This document shows, one piece after another, positions 26,375 to 35,024 of a DNA stretch of 64,000 nt (the first letter of the stretch is position 1; each line of letters begins with the position of its first letter). Origin of the DNA: an uncultured Alphaproteobacteria bacterium (GTDB taxonomy: Bacteria; Pseudomonadota; Alphaproteobacteria; Bin95). The translations under genes and the position numbers were made by a program. The stretch lies in contig CALLKY010000066.1 in NCBI GenBank assembly GCA_938083135.1, positions 3,764 through 67,763 on the forward strand. Direction: 5' to 3'. A model generated the notes under the pieces. The model was not told where the DNA came from and did not search any database. It saw nothing but the letters and a program-made list of their open reading frames with translations.

Positions 26375-28645
26375 ATGGCGACAAACGATCCAGCAGGCTC
26401 AAATGATAAATCCGTAGGCGCATTCACGCTGACGGAAGAAGAAGCTGCCCGCATTGAAGAGCTTGAAGCGCAATACGACCCGGAAATGAATTTCCGCACC
26501 GTGGCGCCGTGGCTTCGAACAGCAATCACCTGGGCACTCGTCCTGCTTGGGCTATATCATTTCTATACCGCTGGGTTCGGCATCCCCCGTGAACAATGGC
26601 ACAAGGGCATTCACTTGGCTGCCGTGCTCGCACTGATTTTCATGAGCTTCAGCGTACTGCGCCGGAATGACCGCGCGGCGTTGAATGTTAGTCCATTCCG
26701 CCCAGGCGGCGTCCCCTGGTATGACTGGGCCTTGGCCTTAGCCGCCCTTGTCGCCGCACTTTATGTGCCCATGACATTCACTGGCATGTCCTGGCCGCTG
26801 CAATTGGAAGAAATGAACTTCCGCATCGGCTCACCAACAACATCGGACTTGGTGTTCGGCACCGTCTTAGTCATCGTGGCGCTGGAAGCTGTCCGCCGGG
26901 CCATGGGTTGGGTGCTGCCGATTGTTGTGATCTGCTTCATCGCTTACGCGATCTTTGGCTATTTGAGCCCGATCCAAGTTCTCATTATTCCCCCGGCAAG
27001 CTGGGGCAATCTGGTCAATCACCTCTACCTGACAACAGAAGGCCTTTATGGCGTTCCGGTGAAGGTGATTTCGTCCATTGTGTTCCATTTTGTTTTGTTC
27101 GGTGTTGTTGCTCAGAAAATGGGGCTAGGGCAGTTCTTTATTGAACTGGCGCAAGTGGTCGCCGGGCGTTTGTCCGGTGGTCCAGCGAAAGTATCCGTGC
27201 TGTCATCATCCCTCTTTGGCACGATCTCCGGCTCTTCCATCGCGAATACCGTTACAACCGGCTCCCTGACCATTCCCGCCATGAAACGCATCGGCTACCC
27301 GCCGCATTTTGCAGGTGCTGTTGAAGCGGCATCATCCACTGGCGGGCAGATCACACCACCAATCATGGGTGCCGCCGCCTTCCTCATGGTCGAGTTTCTG
27401 GAAATTCAGTACACGACGATTATTCTGGCAGCCGCCACACCAGCGCTCATGCACTACATCGCCGTACTCGCGATGGTGCATTTTGAAGCCAAGCGCCTTG
27501 GTATTAAGGGCTTGTCACGCGAAGAAGTGCCCAGAATTCTTGATGTGCTGAAGCGTGGCGGCCATACGGCTGTGCCGCTGGTCATCCTGGTTTACGTGCT
27601 GTTTGCCGGATACACGCCATATCTAGCGGCGTTCTGGGGCATTACCAGCGCTATCGCTATTGGCTGGCCAAGAATGGCGGCAGGTGCGGCTGTCCTGGTC
27701 GCTCCGTTCATATTCTTCGACGTGGTCCAGCTGAAACTTGATCCTGTAACGCTCAGCCTGTTTGCCGCTGCATTGGCAATTGGCGCATTACGGTGGTCCA
27801 AGCAACTCCGGTGGAATTCGTTGAAAGACGCGTTCGCTATGGGATCGAAATATGCGCTTGCTGTGGGTGCAGCCGGTGCTGCGGTCGGCATCGTTGTTGG
27901 TGTCATTACGCTGACCGGCGTCACGTTCCGGCTTGGCTTTATGGTGACCCAGGGGGCGTTGGAAACCGTTGATTCCATCCAGGCAATGTTCAGCTTCCTA
28001 CCATTCAACCTGATCGGTGATGGCTCTACCGGCCCATCGCTGTTCGCCGTTGATGAAGCGACGCTGTTCATCTCCCTGCTCTTCATCGCCATTTCCTGCG
28101 TGCTGATGGGGGCCGGGTTGCCGACGACGGCGCTCTACATCATGCTACAGGCGATCGCGACACCTGCCCTGGCGAACCTAGGCGTGGAGCCATTGGCGGC
28201 GCATTTGTTTGTGCTGTACTACGGCGTCCTGGCGGATTTGACGCCGCCAGTCTGCGTCTCAGCTTATGCCGCTGGTGGCATCGCTGGTGCCAATCCGTTC
28301 AAGACCGGTACCACCGCGTTCCGACTGGGGAATGCCAAAGTCATGGTGCCGTTCGTGTTCGTCTACGCGCCAACTATGCTGATCGTCATCGGAGACTTCG
28401 ACATCCTCGAATATCTCTCAGTCGTCGGAACCTGTATCGCAGGCATCATGCTGCTCGGTGCCGCCCTAACCGGGTTCATGATTGCGCCTATGGGCATGAT
28501 CTGGCGCCTGATCCTGGCGGCATCCGCCATCATGATGGTCGCCCCAAGCTGGTCGTCAAACTGGTGGGGCCTCGCCTTATTGGCGCCTGTCGCAGTGCAA
28601 CAATTCTTGGCGCGAGGTAAGCAGGCGCCTATACCGGCTGCATGA
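26375..28645 (+). CDS. TRAP transporter fused 4TM/12TM permease
   Basis: GPAKVSV, GTISGSSIANTVTTG, ASSTGGQITPPIMGAAAF, GLPTT, DLTPPV. Confidence 0.93.
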   Translation: MATNDPAGSNDKSVGAFTLTEEEAARIEELEAQYDPEMNFRTVAPWLRTAITWALVLLGLYHFYTAGFGIPREQWHKGIHLAAVLALIFMSFSVLRRNDRAALNVSPFRPGGVPWYDWALALAALVAALYVPMTFTGMSWPLQLEEMNFRIGSPTTSDLVFGTVLVIVALEAVRRAMGWVLPIVVICFIAYAIFGYLSPIQVLIIPPASWGNLVNHLYLTTEGLYGVPVKVISSIVFHFVLFGVVAQKMGLGQFFIELAQVVAGRLSGGPAKVSVLSSSLFGTISGSSIANTVTTGSLTIPAMKRIGYPPHFAGAVEAASSTGGQITPPIMGAAAFLMVEFLEIQYTTIILAAATPALMHYIAVLAMVHFEAKRLGIKGLSREEVPRILDVLKRGGHTAVPLVILVYVLFAGYTPYLAAFWGITSAIAIGWPRMAAGAAVLVAPFIFFDVVQLKLDPVTLSLFAAALAIGALRWSKQLRWNSLKDAFAMGSKYALAVGAAGAAVGIVVGVITLTGVTFRLGFMVTQGALETVDSIQAMFSFLPFNLIGDGSTGPSLFAVDEATLFISLLFIAISCVLMGAGLPTTALYIMLQAIATPALANLGVEPLAAHLFVLYYGVLADLTPPVCVSAYAAGGIAGANPFKTGTTAFRLGNAKVMVPFVFVYAPTMLIVIGDFDILEYLSVVGTCIAGIMLLGAALTGFMIAPMGMIWRLILAASAIMMVAPSWSSNWWGLALLAPVAVQQFLARGKQAPIPAA

Positions 28646-29634
28646 CAGCGAATCCAACACCGACACGGCGGTCTTTCTTAGCCGAAACAGCGCCTATTGC
28701 ACTCGCGGCGGCGGCGGTCTTGCTGTTTTTCGGCTGGACGCTGCCGATGCTGAACGTCACGAGCTTCTGGGTGTTCACTGACACCCATTCCGTGATCGGC
28801 GGCATTGCGCGGTTTTGGCAGGAGGGCGACTGGCTGCTTTTGGCGGCGATTGGTGGATTTGCTGTGCTCTTTCCCGCCGCCAAAATCCTGGTGGCGGGCT
28901 GGGCGGTCGTAGATCCATCCGGTGCGCGATCAACACTCAAACTGGCCGCCGCCATTTCGAAATGGTCCATGTTGGATGTGTTTGTGGTGGCACTCGTGGT
29001 GCTTACCGTGAAGTCGACCGCCGTTGCAGACGCGAGCGTTGGCCCTGGCGCCTGGTGTTTTGCGGGCGCTGCGATCCTCTCTTCGCTGGCTATTGCAGGT
29101 TTGGCCAAACGCCATATGCCACGCGACAGCGCCGCACCCAGAACCGCTCTAAACACCCTATCCAAGGCGGGGCGGATCACGAACGAAAGCGCAAACGCGG
29201 CAACGATTGTCATTCCCGCACTTTGGATTGGTCTGATTATCGGTGCCGGGTTCCTCGCCGTACCAGCCATATTTGCAGGGGACGAAGCCGGGCGCCCATT
29301 TGCATACACCGCCGCCGCCCGGGTTTTTGAAAGGCTGGCTTTTGCGGAATGGGGCTTGGCAGCGCTAACGGTCATTGCCCTTGTAATTCTGAAAAGCCCC
29401 AAACGGCGCACAGTCGCGGCAGCTATGTTGATCGCGATCCTGACGGTGCAGGCGATCTGGCTCCAGCCAGAATTGGCTGAGCGCGCCTATGCACTTTCAG
29501 TAGGGCGAGATGTCCCCCCCTCCCCCGCCCATGCAATTTATGCCGGGTTGGAGGTATGCAAGCTGGCATGGCTGATAGGCTTGGCCGTTGCCGGATGGCG
29601 GGCTTTTAGCGCGGGGCGCAATCCGCAAGCTTAA
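28642..29634 (+). CDS. PqiA-like membrane domain fused to a DUF4149-like membrane domain
   Basis: N-half FAVLFPAAK, ISKWSMLDVFVVAL (PqiA); C-half WIGLIIGAGFLAVPAIF, WLQPEL, HAIYAGLEVCKL. Confidence 0.7.
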   Translation: MTANPTPTRRSFLAETAPIALAAAAVLLFFGWTLPMLNVTSFWVFTDTHSVIGGIARFWQEGDWLLLAAIGGFAVLFPAAKILVAGWAVVDPSGARSTLKLAAAISKWSMLDVFVVALVVLTVKSTAVADASVGPGAWCFAGAAILSSLAIAGLAKRHMPRDSAAPRTALNTLSKAGRITNESANAATIVIPALWIGLIIGAGFLAVPAIFAGDEAGRPFAYTAAARVFERLAFAEWGLAALTVIALVILKSPKRRTVAAAMLIAILTVQAIWLQPELAERAYALSVGRDVPPSPAHAIYAGLEVCKLAWLIGLAVAGWRAFSAGRNPQA

Positions 29635-29998
29635 TCTCGCCAGAATTCAGCAGCTTGTTCCCGTCAAACCCACTGAAATCCTTGCCCACCAGCGCTTTGT
29701 AATCGAACAGTGCAACGTTCACAGGTTTCAATGCCTGCAAGGTTTGCATCGTGCTGGCGACAGCCACATCAGCCCCGGCATAAACGACACGGAACTGCTT
29801 CGTTACGGCAGGCCAACGGCCATCGCCTGTGTGATTGAAGACTGCGACGGAAACCTTGCCCGTTCCCCAGTCCAGCCACGCTGCATGCACGCCCAGGCCA
29901 TCACAGGCACCTTCGCCCATGACACTCGCACGGGCAGCTGGCGACGCAAGCATCAGTGCCAGAACGGCGGGGATAGCAAGGGTAAGGCGGCGGATCAC
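29606..29998 (-). CDS. exported hypothetical protein
   Basis: GTG start overlapping the dehalogenase TGA; signal peptide ARA|S; two Cys. Confidence 0.6.
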   Translation of the reverse strand: MIRRLTLAIPAVLALMLASPAARASVMGEGACDGLGVHAAWLDWGTGKVSVAVFNHTGDGRWPAVTKQFRVVYAGADVAVASTMQTLQALKPVNVALFDYKALVGKDFSGFDGNKLLNSGEIKLADCAPR

Positions 29999-30876
29999 CG
30001 GGTTTGCATCCAATCTGCGAGGGCCGCACCAATCTCATGCGGGCTGTCTTCCTGAATAAAGTGGCTACCCTTCACTGTGACCTCGCGCTGATTTGGCCAA
30101 GTCCGGCAGAACGCCCGTTGCGCGCCGATTAGAATGGCACCCGGCTCAGCCTTGATGAAGAGCTTGGGGAAGGACGTATCCTTAATCCAATCCGCGTAGG
30201 CTTGAACAATCTGCACAACATCCTCTGGCGCGCCCTCAATCGGGATCTGGCGCGGCCATGTCAGAGTAGGGCGGCGATCTTCGCCTGCCTCCGCAAAGGG
30301 GCGGCGGTATACGGCCATTTCAGCATCACTCAAGCCCCGCAGGACGGACCCGGGCAATACCTTCTCCACAAAAATATTCTTCTCCAGCACCATCGCCTCG
30401 CCAGCGTCAGACCGGAAGCCTTGGAAGACCGGCGTTGCCTGTGGGCTCCATTCACTCCATTGAACGGGGCGGACGATGCCTTCCATGTAACAAATGCCCG
30501 CGATTGCATCCGGGTGACGGTGCGCCCAGTCAAACCCAAGCGCCGAGCCCCAGTCATGGATGACCAGCGTCACATTCTCCGTAACGCCAAGGGCAGCCAG
30601 AAACCCATCAAGATAGTCACGATGTTCGACGAAGCGATATCGGTCTGGGCCGCTATTGGGCAACTTATCTGAATCACCCATGCCAATAAGGTCAGGCACA
30701 ATGATGCGGCCCATTTCCTGCACATGCGGCCAAACATTGCGCCACAGATATGATGATGTCGGGTTGCCATGCAGAAACACGATGGGCGCGCCATTCGGGT
30801 CGCCCGCTTCGGTATAGGCCATACGTTGGCCCATAATCTCTACAAACGCTTTTGCCGGTTCTGTCGTGTCGAACAT
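29995..30876 (-). CDS. haloalkane dehalogenase (HLD-II, LinB/DhaA-like)
   Basis: LHGNPTSSYLWR, IHDWGSALGF, MEGIV, GSHFIQEDSP. Confidence 0.92.
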   Translation of the reverse strand: MFDTTEPAKAFVEIMGQRMAYTEAGDPNGAPIVFLHGNPTSSYLWRNVWPHVQEMGRIIVPDLIGMGDSDKLPNSGPDRYRFVEHRDYLDGFLAALGVTENVTLVIHDWGSALGFDWAHRHPDAIAGICYMEGIVRPVQWSEWSPQATPVFQGFRSDAGEAMVLEKNIFVEKVLPGSVLRGLSDAEMAVYRRPFAEAGEDRRPTLTWPRQIPIEGAPEDVVQIVQAYADWIKDTSFPKLFIKAEPGAILIGAQRAFCRTWPNQREVTVKGSHFIQEDSPHEIGAALADWMQTR

Positions 30877-31011
30877 ATGCCTCTATCCAATGCGGCTTTC
30901 TCGCTCAGCATTCTAGCATAGCCATCCGCGCTTGACAGATTGGGCCTAAGCCCCCTTCTTTCAAACGAATAAGACGATTATGTGACAAGCAAACATGAAG
31001 GATATCAGGCA

Positions 31012-31953
31012 ATGACGCGGGCGTTCGTATTTCCGGGGCAAGGATCGCAGGCAGTCGGTATGGGAAAGGCTTTGAGTGAGGCGTTTCCAGCCGCGAAAGA
31101 AGTGTTTCAGGAGGTGGATGATGCGCTTGGTCAAAACCTTTCCAAAATGATGTTTGAGGGTCCAATGGAAGACCTGACGCTGACCGAGAACACCCAACCA
31201 GCCCTGATGGCTGCCAGTGTCGCAGTGATGCGCGTGCTGCAGTCCGAAGGCGGGATTGAAATTGCGGACAAAGCGAAATTCATCGCGGGCCATTCGCTTG
31301 GCGAGTATTCCGCCCTTGCCGCCGCTGGCGCACTCGACCTTGCGGACACCGCTCGGCTGCTAAAGCTCCGCGGCCAGGCAATGCAGACCGCCGTTCCTGC
31401 CGGTGAAGGCGCGATGGCAGCACTGCTTGGTCTTGAGCTTGAACCCGCGCTCGAAGCCGCCGCTGAGGCCGCAGAGGGAGACGTATGCGAAGTTGCTAAC
31501 GATAACGCGCCGGGCCAAGTGGTTGTCAGTGGCGCAAAAGCAGCCGTGGAGCGCGCAATTGACATCGCCAAAGGCAAAGGTGCCCGCCGCGCGATCCTAC
31601 TGCCCGTTTCCGCACCATTCCATTGCTCACTTCTGCAACCGGCCGCAGACGCTATGGCGAAGGCTTTCGAGACGACGAACATGGCCGCCCCCGCAGCACC
31701 ATTGATGTCCAACGTGACAGCAGCACCCGTTGCAGCACCGGACGACATCAAGAGCCTGCTGGTTCAGCAGGTCACAGCGACCGTCCGCTGGCGGGAATGC
31801 GTGCTCGCCATGCGCGCCGCTGGGGTCGAGGAGCTTGTTGAGATTGGCTGCGGCAAGGTCCTGTCTGGCATGGTCAAACGCATCGACAAGGAAATGACGG
31901 CCCGCAATGCCGAAACGCCCGCAGATATCGAAGCACTACTCGCAGCACTTTAG
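31012..31953 (+). CDS. fabD: malonyl-CoA:ACP transacylase
   Basis: FPGQGSQ, TENTQPA, GHSLGEY, VSAPFHC. Confidence 0.97.
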   Translation: MTRAFVFPGQGSQAVGMGKALSEAFPAAKEVFQEVDDALGQNLSKMMFEGPMEDLTLTENTQPALMAASVAVMRVLQSEGGIEIADKAKFIAGHSLGEYSALAAAGALDLADTARLLKLRGQAMQTAVPAGEGAMAALLGLELEPALEAAAEAAEGDVCEVANDNAPGQVVVSGAKAAVERAIDIAKGKGARRAILLPVSAPFHCSLLQPAADAMAKAFETTNMAAPAAPLMSNVTAAPVAAPDDIKSLLVQQVTATVRWRECVLAMRAAGVEELVEIGCGKVLSGMVKRIDKEMTARNAETPADIEALLAAL

Positions 31954-31980
31954 GCCGTCTTTCCACCCAGAAACGAATGA

Positions 31981-32008
31981 GGCCCCGGATCATCGCTGAT
32001 CCGGGGCC
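31981..32008. terminator. hairpin between convergent genes (probable bidirectional terminator)
   Basis: Perfect 12-bp stem GGCCCCGGATCA-TCGC-TGATCCGGGGCC. Confidence 0.7.
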
Positions 32009-32035
32009 CGCACATTCAGATAGTCAGAACTTCAT

Positions 32036-33166
32036 TTAGAGAATGATGAAGTCCCCAGCGTCGAGTGCGTTAACGCCAACGTTCTGCAAGCGGATCGTAT
32101 CGCCTGCGCCGAGGTCAATAACCGTATCAACGCCGTCCTGAGTTGTCGCAGCCAGCACCGCGTTGAAGTCCGCGAAGCCACTGTTGTCGAGACGGATGTG
32201 GTCGATGTTGACTTCGAAGTCCGTGATCACGTCAACGCCCGTAGCGATAGCAACATTGAACACGAAGAAGTCACCGCCGGTACCGCCGGTCATCGTGTCG
32301 TTACCTTCGCCACCGCGCAGGATGTCACGACCGCCTTCGCCGCTCATCTGGTCATCACCACCAAGGCCGACAAGAAGATCGTCGCCTTCGCCAGCAAACA
32401 TCGTGTCATCACCAGCGCCGCCGTTCATGCGGTCATTGCCGCCATCGCCGGTCATGAAATCCGCACCATCGCCACCAGCCATGAAGTCAACGCCTTCGCC
32501 GCCGAACATCTGGTCGTCGCCAGCGCCGCCATTCATACGGTCAACACCGCTGTCGCCAGCCATGAAGTCGTTGCCAGAGCCGCCAATGATCGTGTCATTG
32601 CCATCATTGCCGAACAGCAGATCGTTATCGCTGCCGCCATTGATGATGTCGTTGCCGGAGCCACCACTGATCTGGTCATCGCCATCATTGCCGATCAGAC
32701 GATCATCGCCTGCTTCGCCATTAACCTGGTCATTGCCGCCGCTACCAAATGCGCGGTCATTGCCATTGCCGCCAACGATCAGATCGTCACCGGTCTGGCC
32801 GTTCATGACATCGTCGCCTTCAGCGCCGAACAGCTGGTCAATCCCTGCCCCGCCAAGCAGAACGTCATTGCCGTTGCCGCCGTCGAGTTGGTCATTGCCG
32901 TTCTGGCCATTCAGGATATCGTTGCCGTTATTGCCGCCGAGACGGTCATCATCGTCCCCGCCCAAGATGATGTCATTGCCTTCGCCGCCATCAAGCTGAT
33001 CATTGCCGTTTTGGCCGAACAGACGGTCATCGCCGTTTTCGCCAAAAAGCTGATCGTCGCCATCCCGGCCACGGAGATCATCATTGCCAGCACGGCCAAA
33101 AATTTGGTCAGACTGCGGTGTGCCGATCAACAGATCGTTCCCGCCTGCACCCTCAATAAACGCCAT
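32036..33166 (-). CDS. RTX/hemolysin-type Ca-binding repeat protein (putative T1SS substrate)
   Basis: 33 consecutive GGxGxDxxx-type nonapeptides; serralysin-like C-terminus DVITDFEVNIDHIRL...LDAGDFIIL; no signal peptide. Confidence 0.92.
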   Translation of the reverse strand: MAFIEGAGGNDLLIGTPQSDQIFGRAGNDDLRGRDGDDQLFGENGDDRLFGQNGNDQLDGGEGNDIILGGDDDDRLGGNNGNDILNGQNGNDQLDGGNGNDVLLGGAGIDQLFGAEGDDVMNGQTGDDLIVGGNGNDRAFGSGGNDQVNGEAGDDRLIGNDGDDQISGGSGNDIINGGSDNDLLFGNDGNDTIIGGSGNDFMAGDSGVDRMNGGAGDDQMFGGEGVDFMAGGDGADFMTGDGGNDRMNGGAGDDTMFAGEGDDLLVGLGGDDQMSGEGGRDILRGGEGNDTMTGGTGGDFFVFNVAIATGVDVITDFEVNIDHIRLDNSGFADFNAVLAATTQDGVDTVIDLGAGDTIRLQNVGVNALDAGDFIIL

Positions 33167-33339
33167 TGTATTTTCTCCCACCTGGTGTAATCGCCAAAGA
33201 ATTAGGCTAAGGCCTCTTGGCCGATTGCCTTAAGCTATTTGGCTCGCAGGATGCATACAACAGATGCGTTGGCTTAATCCTCTGAATTAGCCCCTAATAC
33301 GGGGCGTATATTTGGCGCTCTTTTGGCTTAATACCAGCT

Positions 33340-33355
33340 TTAAAACCCGGTTAAC
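33340..33355. promoter_or_regulatory. perfect CtrA-box consensus upstream of the RTX gene
   Basis: TTAA-AACCCGG-TTAAC; overlaps the stop codon of the FAD oxidoreductase. Confidence 0.45.
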
Positions 33356-34769
33356 TTAAGACCTTGCCTGGATTCATCCGGCCATCGGGGTCAATTGCAG
33401 ATTTGAGCGCCTGCATCAGCTTGTACTCCACGGGAGACTTGTATCGCTCAAGCTCTGTCGTGCGCTTCTGGCCAATACCGTGTTCGGCACTGAATGAGCC
33501 GTCATACGACACCACAAGATCATAAAGCGCGCGATCCAAGACCTCTTTCATATCCTTAATATCGTCTGATGTGGCGAGATAGTGCAGGTTTCCATCCCCC
33601 ATATGCCCAAAGCCGTAGAATCCGACATGGGGTGCGACTTCAGCCATTTTCTTTTCCGCCGCCGCATAGAAGTCCGGCAATGCAGACAGCGGCAAGGTTA
33701 CGTCCCACGAAATTCGCGGTCCAATCCGTTGCAGGGCTTCCGGCGCTTGCTCACGAATCTTCCAGAAATCGGCGCGTTGCTGCTCTGACTGTGCAATCAG
33801 CGCATCTGTCGCGAGGCCCCGCTCAAATGCTTGCGCCAAAGCGCCCTCCAGCACATCCACAGGGGACTGGCCATTATCGCCACGCCGGGTGGTGGAGACT
33901 TCCATCAGCACATAGAAGGGCGAATCATCTGGCAGCGGGTCGCGCACATCGTCCATTTTCGCAACGACGGTTTCCACCAGGGAACGGGTGATCAGTTCAG
34001 ACGTCTCGACGGCATCACCGGTCTCAGCCCGCGCCACGTCCAGTAGCTCAAGTGCAGTCGCAACAGATGGTGTCGCCACCCATGCGGACGCTGTGGCAGT
34101 TGGTTTTGGGAAAAGCTTGAGCGCAGCAGCAGTGATCACACCAAGCGTGCCCTCCGCGCCCATAAACATCTCTTTAAGGTGATAGCCAGTGTTATCTTTG
34201 CGGAGTGTGCGGAGGCCATTCCAAATCTCCCCATCGGGCAGCACAACTTCCAGCCCCAGCACGAGGGCCCGCGCATTGCCGTAGCGGATGACATTCACAC
34301 CACCCGCATTGGTAGAAATATTGCCGCCAACGGTGCAACTGCCCTCAGCGCCCAGGGACAGCGGGAAGAACCGGTCCGCATCAAGGGCAGCCTTCTGGGC
34401 GTCCTGCAAGATGACGCCCGCTTCGGCGATCATGGTATAATTGGCGGGGTCAATCTTCCGCACCTGGTTCATGCGCTTCAGCGACAGCACGATCTTCCGC
34501 CCATCGCTGAACGGCGTGCCCCCACCGACGAGCCCTGTGTGTCCGCCCTGTGGCACCACCGCCACACCTTCAGCAGCAGCCCACCGCATCACCGCCTGCA
34601 CTTCCTCAACAGAAGATGGCCGCGCAACACCGATTGCCGTGCCCGTATAGGCTTGGCTCCAGTCCGTCAGATAGGGTGCCGCATCATCCGACGCCCCATC
34701 AATCCAGCCATGCTGGCCAAGTGCTGCGGTAAGCGCTTCAAGAGCGGCGGGGCCAAGACGATCGGGCAT
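33351..34769 (-). CDS. FAD-binding oxidoreductase (D-2-hydroxyacid dehydrogenase/GlcD-like)
   Basis: PQGGHTGLVGG, GGNISTNAGG, KDNTGY, GHMGDGNLH, SAEHGIG, MNPGK. Confidence 0.92.
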   Translation of the reverse strand: MPDRLGPAALEALTAALGQHGWIDGASDDAAPYLTDWSQAYTGTAIGVARPSSVEEVQAVMRWAAAEGVAVVPQGGHTGLVGGGTPFSDGRKIVLSLKRMNQVRKIDPANYTMIAEAGVILQDAQKAALDADRFFPLSLGAEGSCTVGGNISTNAGGVNVIRYGNARALVLGLEVVLPDGEIWNGLRTLRKDNTGYHLKEMFMGAEGTLGVITAAALKLFPKPTATASAWVATPSVATALELLDVARAETGDAVETSELITRSLVETVVAKMDDVRDPLPDDSPFYVLMEVSTTRRGDNGQSPVDVLEGALAQAFERGLATDALIAQSEQQRADFWKIREQAPEALQRIGPRISWDVTLPLSALPDFYAAAEKKMAEVAPHVGFYGFGHMGDGNLHYLATSDDIKDMKEVLDRALYDLVVSYDGSFSAEHGIGQKRTTELERYKSPVEYKLMQALKSAIDPDGRMNPGKVLS

Positions 34770-35024
34770 CAGTCGGGTTTCCTCATATCAGTAAAAGTTC
34801 TGGAACGAAGCATGCCTCAGGCTCTCACAAGCCGCAATCGGGCGGCGTATCGAACCACTTAGCCAAACCTGGAAAGCACACTGAGTTTGTTGCAAAATCA
34901 AGCAAACACCACTTTTGAAAACTTGTTTCACGTATGCAAACATGAAATATTTGCTACCCGTAAACTCAATCTTAATGCAATTGTGTCGCTGCAATGTTGC
35001 AAAGAGCCCGAAGGGCCTTCAATC

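Noticed and set aside
32163-33190. Two long + strand ORFs (278 and 330 aa) antisense to the RTX gene
   Set aside because: Ser/Pro- and Ile/Ala/Val-rich shadows produced by the repetitive GGC/GAT/AAC codons of the real gene.
33313-33327. Sigma54-like TGGCGC-N5-TGGC motif
   Set aside because: Imperfect -12 element, and it points on the + strand into the 3' end of a minus-strand gene.
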